Of a DNA stretch of 24,001 nt, positions 1-6,069 are shown in pieces (within the stretch, counting starts at the first letter, position 1; every line of letters begins with the position of its first letter). Source of the stretch: a virus. Lineage: Duplodnaviria > Caudoviricetes. A program made the translations under genes and the position numbers. The stretch covers positions 1 to 24,001 of the IMG/VR virus record IMGVR_UViG_3300020325_000077; one strand, written 5' to 3'. The notes under the pieces are model-generated. The model was given only the letters and a program-made list of their open reading frames with translations. It was not told the DNA's origin and did no database searches.

Positions 1-411
1 TCGGAAGTTACCATCAAACTCCCCCTGACTCGGGAGGGTCTTATTGCATGTAAGATTCTCTCTGAGCAGGGTGTAAAAACTAACGTTACTCTTTGCTTCT
101 CTGCCTCTCAGGCAGTGATGACTGCCCTAGCAGGTGCCACCTATATTTCTCCATTTGTAGGTCGCATGAACGACAACTCTTTCAGTGGTGTCGAACTGGT
201 ACGTGCTATTGGTGGTCTGTATGCTGCTAAGCGAGTGGAGACTAAGGTTCTTGCCGCTAGTCTTCGTGATGTTCATCACGTCTCTCGCTGTCTCTTGTAC
301 GGTGCTGATGTAGTCACTCTACCTACTGCAGTATTTGACAAGATGTACAACCACGTCCTCACAGATGCTGGTCTTGCTATCTTTGAAAAAGACTTTGAGG
401 CACTGAAATGA
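1..411 (+). CDS. talC: Transaldolase, TalC/FSA-like family (5' end outside the window); cyanophage auxiliary metabolic gene
   Basis: Frame is open from base 1: SEVTIKLPLTREGLIACKILSEQGVKTNVTLCFS...GATYISPFVGR...VLAASLR...GADVVTLP...HVLTDAGLAIFEKD. Schiff-base Lys in TIKLP (16-18). The ORF-track start at 115 is internal. Confidence 0.96.
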   Translation, partial: SEVTIKLPLTREGLIACKILSEQGVKTNVTLCFSASQAVMTALAGATYISPFVGRMNDNSFSGVELVRAIGGLYAAKRVETKVLAASLRDVHHVSRCLLYGADVVTLPTAVFDKMYNHVLTDAGLAIFEKDFEALK

Positions 412-650
412 TCACTATCTACTCTAAAACAGGATGCCCTTATTGTGATAAACTTATCGCAGTAGTTCAACATGAAGAGCTAAAGCATGTTGTTTATCAG
501 TTGGGTAGAGATTTTACTAGAGAAGAATTTTATACAGAATTTGGTGAGGGAAGTACATTCCCTCAAGTGATTCTTGATGATGTCAAACTAGGCGGATGTC
601 AAGAATCTATCAAGTTTTTCCAAGAAAATGATATTTGTTGTGTGTTGTGA
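408..650 (+). CDS. Glutaredoxin (T4 NrdC-like)
   Basis: IYSKTGCPYC active site, TFPQV cis-Pro motif, LGGC motif; ATGA overlap with the talC stop. Confidence 0.93.
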   Translation: MITIYSKTGCPYCDKLIAVVQHEELKHVVYQLGRDFTREEFYTEFGEGSTFPQVILDDVKLGGCQESIKFFQENDICCVL

Positions 651-853
651 CTGAGATTACGTTAGAAGAGTTTGAAAAAAATTTCGATGCGTACATGGAT
701 CGTATCGAACAAAACAAAGAGGAGTTCTTGGTTCGTAAGGAAGATGGTACAGCAGTCGTCGCTATGCCAGCTGAGCAACTGAACCAAGCAGTCTCCCAAA
801 TGACTGATGATGAGTGGTATAATTTGTATAGCGATCACTCAGAAGCATCATGA
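647..853 (+). CDS. Small protein resembling the Phd/YefM antitoxin N-terminal fold
   Basis: GTG start at 647 overlaps the glutaredoxin stop (GTGA). TEITLEEFEKNFDAYMDRIEQNKEEFLVRKEDGTAVVAMPAEQL follows the Phd pattern (i.lsEfk.nl..lld.V....epi.ItrnGkp.aVlvp.e.y); acidic tail. Confidence 0.6.
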   Translation: MTEITLEEFEKNFDAYMDRIEQNKEEFLVRKEDGTAVVAMPAEQLNQAVSQMTDDEWYNLYSDHSEAS

Positions 854-1086
854 AACCCACCGTCATTCTTGAGCAAGGACCGTACCGTTTCGTACAGTGC
901 GGCACCCTAGAGATCAACGGTAGACCAGACTACCGTATTCAAAAGTTTCACGAGTGGAAAAAGCGGTACTTTGACATGTACCTGCTTGACAACCAAATGC
1001 AACTAGACACTTGCCTTGAGGATCCAGAGTACACTAAGTGGTTGGACCCTGACCCTGAGGTAGGTGCCTATCGTAAATACAACTGA
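850..1086 (+). CDS. Hypothetical phage protein (78 aa)
   Basis: ATGA overlap with the previous gene, plausible globular composition; no motif recognised. Confidence 0.8.
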   Translation: MKPTVILEQGPYRFVQCGTLEINGRPDYRIQKFHEWKKRYFDMYLLDNQMQLDTCLEDPEYTKWLDPDPEVGAYRKYN

Positions 1087-1093
1087 GGTTACT

Positions 1094-1408
1094 ATGAGCG
1101 TATATTCAAAGATCGAAGATGCTGAAGGTCTTATTAGGGAAGCATTGATCAACGCTCTTGCTGAGGGTGATGATCAATACCTCACAGACCTGTTCAATCT
1201 CCTGAATACTGTCAAGTCTACTCTAGACAATGTGCGAAAAGAAGAGTTTACTACTGTAGGCAATTCTCTCACATTTGATACATCAGATCCCAATTACAAT
1301 TTTACATTGTCTTCTGATTATCTTGACAACATTACTTTTCCTGCAGGAGATGTCGCTATTGGAAATGGATCTGCTGATGTGATTAGTTTCCCTGGAGCAG
1401 ATGTATAA
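1094..1408 (+). CDS. Hypothetical acidic protein with a helical N-terminus
   Basis: ATG at 1094 preceded by GAGG, directly after the upstream stop; in frame with track ORF 1064..1408. Confidence 0.78.
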   Translation: MSVYSKIEDAEGLIREALINALAEGDDQYLTDLFNLLNTVKSTLDNVRKEEFTTVGNSLTFDTSDPNYNFTLSSDYLDNITFPAGDVAIGNGSADVISFPGADV

Positions 1409-2000
1409 GGTAATGTTTGCAACTCCTCCTCTTATGCTAGAAAAGTATGAAGGAGGAGACTTCAACCAACTAGTTGAATACGTAAAGCAAATACCTTATG
1501 ATGGTGAGACAAACGGACCACAATCAAATCTCCCTTCTACAAATCATTTTATTTTAGATGATGAAATTTTTGTAAATTTGAGAGAATTTATCAACGGTTG
1601 TGTAAAAGATTATGCACAGAACATTTTATTGTCTGATCAAAAACTAAGAATCACTCAGTCTTGGATAAACAAAACCAAGACTAGTGCTATTCATACACTG
1701 CACTATCATCCTAATAGTGTGTTGAGTGGAGTTTTTTATTTCAATAATCACAGCTCTCCTATTGAGTTTATTTCTGATAGAAAAGATCAATTTTCTATCG
1801 GAAAATATGGTAATGAATTTACAAACAATTCATACACGGTTCCTGCACAAGAATCTCTCTTGCTTCTTTTTCCTAGTTACATTTTCCATAGAGTAACTGT
1901 AAACAAAGATCTAGAAACAAGATATAGTATGTCATTCAATACCTTTCCTGCATATGAAATGGGATTCAAAGATTCTATGTCATATGTAAAAGTTTCATAG
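1401..2000 (+). CDS. Putative 2OG-Fe(II) oxygenase (HxH type, TIGR02466-like)
   Basis: QSWIN...HTLHYHPNSVLSGVFYF...LLLFPSYIFHRV...RYSMSFN motifs. Confidence 0.87.
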   Translation: MYKVMFATPPLMLEKYEGGDFNQLVEYVKQIPYDGETNGPQSNLPSTNHFILDDEIFVNLREFINGCVKDYAQNILLSDQKLRITQSWINKTKTSAIHTLHYHPNSVLSGVFYFNNHSSPIEFISDRKDQFSIGKYGNEFTNNSYTVPAQESLLLLFPSYIFHRVTVNKDLETRYSMSFNTFPAYEMGFKDSMSYVKVS

Positions 2001-2213
2001 TCCCGAGAAGACTCAAAACTCGCTCTGGTCGGGATGGGTTTCACGACCCCTCGGGTTTCCAATTTTTCCTCAAGAATTGGTGGTGCGGATGGGAATCTCT
2101 CCCGCCTGGTTTCTTATTTCCAGTCAAAGAATAAGTGGTGGATCCAAATGACCCCTTCCGTGTGGTTGTTTTCCTGTTTAGCAACTAAAATAATAAAACA
2201 GGTGGCGAGCCTG
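1999..2213 (+). ncRNA. Structured RNA, probably the manA RNA motif of cyanophages
   Basis: GC-richer gap between two genes with many complementary segments: TCCCGA 2001-2006/TCGGGA 2029-2034; CTCGC 2019-2023/GCGAG 2205-2209; hairpin GGGTT-TCAC-GACCC 2036-2049; GCGG 2085-2088/CCGC 2102-2105; three pseudoknot-like units each ending in TGGYG. The structure is seen directly; the manA name is from recollection of the motif's size, sequence and host range. Confidence 0.68.
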
Positions 2214-2229
2214 GAATGTTCTTTCTATT

Positions 2230-2787
2230 ATGTCGAAGTCTACTGCGATATACACAATACCTACTGCTATCGATCAATCAGTAGCAGATGTTATTGTGAA
2301 ACAACTTGAGAATCTTCCTTTAGAAGAAGCAACGGTTGTAGGAAATAACAAATTTGTCCGTGATCGAGACCTTAGAAGGTCTAGAGTTCAATGGATCAAT
2401 AGTGATACATGGATCTCTGGAATGATGGCACATTTTGTACACACTGCAAACTTTGAAACTTTTCACTACGACTTAGAAACGTGGTCTGAAAGAATTCAAT
2501 ATACAGTGTATGATCAACAGGGTGACACTTATGGGTGGCATACTGATTCTTCTGAATCTCCCTATTACAGAGGTTTGTTTAGGAAACTTAGCATTAGTCT
2601 CTGTCTCAGTGATGATTATGAAGGCGGTGAATTGCAAATCATGGATGACGATAAAATGCACTCATTCAAAATGAAATGTGGTGATGCTATTGTCTTCCCC
2701 TCTGATGTTCGACACAGAGTCCGACCTATCAAATCGGGAAAACGTATATCATTAGTGGGTTGGTTCTCTGGACCTCCCTTCAGGTGA
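2230..2787 (+). CDS. 2OG-Fe(II) oxygenase (prolyl-4-hydroxylase/PiuC-like)
   Basis: R.S.V.W, YGWHTD (HxD), RKLSISLCLSDDYEGGELQ, FPSDVRHRVRPIKSGKRISLVGWFSGPPFR. Confidence 0.92.
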   Translation: MSKSTAIYTIPTAIDQSVADVIVKQLENLPLEEATVVGNNKFVRDRDLRRSRVQWINSDTWISGMMAHFVHTANFETFHYDLETWSERIQYTVYDQQGDTYGWHTDSSESPYYRGLFRKLSISLCLSDDYEGGELQIMDDDKMHSFKMKCGDAIVFPSDVRHRVRPIKSGKRISLVGWFSGPPFR

Positions 2788-2789
2788 AT

Positions 2790-2808
2790 AAACCCTTCGG
2801 GGTTTTCT
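2790..2808 (+). terminator. cUUCGg tetraloop hairpin; terminator or tRNA-precursor processing signal
   Basis: AAACCC-TTCG-GGGTTT followed by TCT; UUCG hairpins are typical of T4-like phages. The U-tract is short and the tRNA starts 3 nt after the stem. Confidence 0.55.
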
Positions 2809-2880
2809 GCGGATGTAGCTCAATGGTAGAGCTTCTGCCTTCCAAGCAGACGGTTGCGCGTTCGAGTCGCGTCATCCGCT
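2809..2880 (+). tRNA. tRNA-Gly(TCC)
   Basis: Acceptor GCGGATG/CATCCGC plus T discriminator; D arm GCTC-AATGGTA-GAGC; anticodon arm TCTGC-CTTCCAA-GCAGA (TCC at 2841-2843); T arm GCGCG-TTCGAGT-CGCGT; CCA not encoded. Confidence 0.97.
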
Positions 2881-2883
2881 TAT

Positions 2884-2891
2884 TATAAATA
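2884..2891 (+). promoter_or_regulatory. T4-type late promoter (gp55 -10 box)
   Basis: Exact TATAAATA, intergenic, 36 nt upstream of the first structural gene. Confidence 0.85.
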
Positions 2892-2927
2892 TTTCTAGCT
2901 TAGAGAACTGTCTCCTGGACTAGAAGT

Positions 2928-5183
2928 ATGTCAAAAATTCTTGCGAATCAAATCGCCAATTATGGAGATAATTCTCCCATTGAAATTAAAGAAGGATTGA
3001 ACATTCCTATTGGGAAACCACTACAAGCGGCAGGAGTTTCGGGTGGTGATGGACAAGTTCTAACGTCAACTGGGACAACAGTAGAATGGACAACTCCATT
3101 TGATGGAGACTATGATACTCTGACAAATAAACCTATAATTCCTGCTGCTCAGGTAAGATCTGATTGGAATGCAATTGGAACTGTTGCTGAAATTCAAAAT
3201 AAACCACTCATTCCTCCACTTCCTAGTGTAACTGTTGCTGCAGCAGGAAGTGCTTCTTTAGAATATAACTCTACTAGTGGTTTATTTACATATACTCCAC
3301 CAGATCTCTCTGGATATCTAACAAGTTACACTGAAACTGATCCTGTATTTGCTGCTTCTGATGCTGCTGCTGTAACTGCTGCTAAGATTTCTAATTGGGA
3401 TGCTGCACATGGTTGGGGCAATCATGCATCTGCTGGTTATCTAACTTCTTATACAGAGACACAAACACTAGACAATGTTCTTTCTCTAGGTGCAACAACT
3501 ACTAGAGATATTACAACTACGGGTAAGTTATACTACTCTAATAACTTTGCTACCACTGGTGATCTTCCAAACGCAACTACCTATCATGGTATGTTTGCCC
3601 ATGTTCATGCTGAAGGTCATGGATACTTTGCACATGCTGGTGCATGGACACAACTATTAGATACTGGATCTGAACTTGGAGATCTGGCAAATGTAAACTT
3701 TGCAACTGCACCTCAGACAGGACAAGTTCTCAAGTATGATGGTTCTAACTGGGTTGCTGCTGCTGATGGTACAGGTGGTGGAGGTATCGCACTTTCAGAC
3801 CTCTCAGTATCTACTGCATCTGCAGGATCAGCAGCACTATCTTATAACAATGTCAGTGGTGTCTTTACTTATACTCCACCAGATCTCTCTGGTTATCTAA
3901 CATCAGTTGCTATCAATGGTGTATCCGATGTAGATATCAACAATTTACAAGACACTCAAATTTTAAGATATAATCTTACCAGTGGTAACTGGGAAAACTG
4001 GTCACCAAACTACCTCACTTCATACACAGAAACTGATCCAGTATTCACAGCATCTCCTGCAAACAACATCACACTTACTGATATCAACCAGTGGGATACG
4101 GCATATGGATGGGGCAACCACGCTAATGGTGGATATCTAGTTGCTACAGCACAAGATAAAACAAATTGGAACACCGCATATGGTTGGGGAGATCACAGTC
4201 AAGCAGGATATCTAACATCTGCTACTTCATCTGACACTCTTGATGATGTAACTAGCAGAGGTGCTACTACAACTAATGATATTCAAGTAAATAAAGTTCA
4301 TGCAGATACCATACTTGCTGCAGGACCAACTTTTGGAACTGGTGCCACTGGAACCTATGTGTCTGTCGTCTCCAGTGGATCTTCTGGTTACAGAGATATG
4401 CTATTGCAGACTACCAATGGTGGTGGAACTGTTACATTGATGACATTGACGGGAAGCACTAGCGCAATTAGTGCTTCTGGTTCATTTACTGCAGGTTCTT
4501 TGACTGCTTCTGGAGCATCTCCAAAACTTAGAATTAACAATTCATCTAATACTGGTTATGCAGAATTTGATTATAGATTAGTTGGAAACGCAGCATATCA
4601 ATTACCTGCACTGCCATCTACTAATGGTGATGTTCTTTCTTGCACAACTGCTGGTGTTATGTCTTGGACAACACCTGGAAGCACTGGTGCTAATGTAACC
4701 ATCTCTGATACTGCTCCTGGTTCTCCTACTGCGGGTGACCTTTGGTGGGAATCTGATAAGGGACGCCTCAAGATTTACTATAACGATACTGATAGTACAC
4801 AGTGGGTTGATGCATCACCTCCACTACAAGCTCCAAACTCACCTTTATATGTTGGCATGGTTCAACTTTGGAATTATGGAAATGATATTACATGGTCTGG
4901 TTCTTCTGATGGTGTATCTGATGGTTTAACAGCAACAATCCGACCTGCTGATGGTGGCGGTGGATTCCAGAATGCTTATGTCAGACTAACTTTCCCTACA
5001 TCATTTGTTGCTGCTGAAGACTATGCGGTGCAGGTTACAGTAAGTGATCCTAGTACGGACGGACATATCTACGCACCTTCTATTCGTAAGCATTTGGATC
5101 GTATTGATTTCTACGTATATAATTTGACATCATCTGTAGTAGCGACAGACTGGTACGCTTCTATTGCTGTCTACCCACTCTAA
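2928..5183 (+). CDS. Tail-fibre-like virion structural protein (751 aa)
   Basis: T/S/G/A-rich; repeated FTYTPPDLSGYLTS, ETDPVF and W(D/N)xAxGWG(N/D)H modules; GQVLKYDGSNWV and SDTAPGSPTAGDLWWESDKGRLKIYY...QWVDASP fibre-type motifs; late promoter. Confidence 0.8.
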   Translation: MSKILANQIANYGDNSPIEIKEGLNIPIGKPLQAAGVSGGDGQVLTSTGTTVEWTTPFDGDYDTLTNKPIIPAAQVRSDWNAIGTVAEIQNKPLIPPLPSVTVAAAGSASLEYNSTSGLFTYTPPDLSGYLTSYTETDPVFAASDAAAVTAAKISNWDAAHGWGNHASAGYLTSYTETQTLDNVLSLGATTTRDITTTGKLYYSNNFATTGDLPNATTYHGMFAHVHAEGHGYFAHAGAWTQLLDTGSELGDLANVNFATAPQTGQVLKYDGSNWVAAADGTGGGGIALSDLSVSTASAGSAALSYNNVSGVFTYTPPDLSGYLTSVAINGVSDVDINNLQDTQILRYNLTSGNWENWSPNYLTSYTETDPVFTASPANNITLTDINQWDTAYGWGNHANGGYLVATAQDKTNWNTAYGWGDHSQAGYLTSATSSDTLDDVTSRGATTTNDIQVNKVHADTILAAGPTFGTGATGTYVSVVSSGSSGYRDMLLQTTNGGGTVTLMTLTGSTSAISASGSFTAGSLTASGASPKLRINNSSNTGYAEFDYRLVGNAAYQLPALPSTNGDVLSCTTAGVMSWTTPGSTGANVTISDTAPGSPTAGDLWWESDKGRLKIYYNDTDSTQWVDASPPLQAPNSPLYVGMVQLWNYGNDITWSGSSDGVSDGLTATIRPADGGGGFQNAYVRLTFPTSFVAAEDYAVQVTVSDPSTDGHIYAPSIRKHLDRIDFYVYNLTSSVVATDWYASIAVYPL
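3291..3892 (+). repeat. 23-nt exact direct repeat within the fibre gene
   Basis: TATACTCCACCAGATCTCTCTGG at 3291-3313 and 3870-3892. Confidence 0.9.
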
Positions 5184-5566
5184 ATAACAACGGAAGGAGT
5201 ATTTTAAGAAATGGCAATCAATTTTCCCTCAACAGCAGGGCAGGCAACTGATGGAACATTTACATATGTTGTAGCAGGTATCACCTACTCATGGAATGGT
5301 GAGAGTTGGACTGCTGCTGGTTCTGGTGCTACCGCCACAGACTTAACAGTCTTTAGTGCTACTAATGATACCGCTTCTGGTGGCGGTTCGCTATCATACA
5401 ATAGTAATAATGGTCAGTTTACTTTCACTCCTCCTGATCTAAGTGGATATCTAACATCAGTTGGATCCATCAATGATCACAATGATGTAACTATTACTAG
5501 TGTTTCTGATAATCAGTTACTCAAGTATAATTTTTCTAATACCAGATGGGAAAACTGGTCACCAAA
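3990..5566 (+). repeat. 20-nt exact direct repeat shared by two adjacent fibre genes
   Basis: TGGGAAAACTGGTCACCAAA at 3990-4009 and 5547-5566, within a longer block of protein-level similarity. Confidence 0.9.
5180..5186 (+). promoter_or_regulatory. Probable late promoter variant
   Basis: CTAAATA overlapping the stop codon, followed by an AAGGAG Shine-Dalgarno sequence and ATG 5211. Confidence 0.5.
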
Positions 5567-6068
5567 TTATTTGACATCAGAAACTGACCCTGTTTTTAGT
5601 GCTTCTGAGGCAGCAAACATTACCTCTACAGATACTACTCAATGGGATACCGCATATGGATGGGGTAATCATGCTTCTGCTGGTTACTTGTCTTCAATGC
5701 CTTCTAGACAGACAGCAGCAGTAACAGTATCATCTCTTGCTGATGGAGCATTTTCAAACCAGTCTATTACAACAGCAGCAGGATATGCTCTTCTAACTAT
5801 TCAAACATCCCATGCTGCATGGGTAACATTGTATAACTCTACTAGTGCAAGATCTAATGACGCAAGTAGACTAGAGACAGTAGATCCTACTCCTGGTTCT
5901 GGTGTTCTTGCAGAAGTTATCACTGCGGGTAATGTCACACAAGAAATAACACCAGGAGCTTTCTGCTGGAATAGTGCTGGAACCACAAGTTATCTAAAGA
6001 TTGTAAATAAGAGTGGATCTACAGCAAACGTTTCTGTAACTCTTACATTTGTCAAACTAGAGGGTTGA
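5211..6068 (+). CDS. Fibre-related virion protein (285 aa), partly paralogous to 2928..5183
   Basis: AAGGAG RBS; MAINFPS...TYSWNGESW N-terminal module; shares FTxTPPDLSGYLTSV...WENWSPNYLTS...ETDPVF...QWDTAYGWGNHA with the upstream gene. Confidence 0.8.
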   Translation: MAINFPSTAGQATDGTFTYVVAGITYSWNGESWTAAGSGATATDLTVFSATNDTASGGGSLSYNSNNGQFTFTPPDLSGYLTSVGSINDHNDVTITSVSDNQLLKYNFSNTRWENWSPNYLTSETDPVFSASEAANITSTDTTQWDTAYGWGNHASAGYLSSMPSRQTAAVTVSSLADGAFSNQSITTAAGYALLTIQTSHAAWVTLYNSTSARSNDASRLETVDPTPGSGVLAEVITAGNVTQEITPGAFCWNSAGTTSYLKIVNKSGSTANVSVTLTFVKLEG

Positions 6069-6069
6069 T

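Noticed and set aside
2053-2207. Repeated TGGYG units as a mini CRISPR array
   Set aside because: The units share structure, not 25-40 nt identical repeats, and no cas genes are present.
2034-2309. 91-aa plus-strand ORF
   Set aside because: Lies over the structured RNA, overlaps the oxygenase out of frame and has no protein-like motif.
3230-5700. Fibre repeats as a diversity-generating retroelement template/variable pair
   Set aside because: All copies are in-frame coding, differences are not confined to adenines, and there is no reverse transcriptase in the window.
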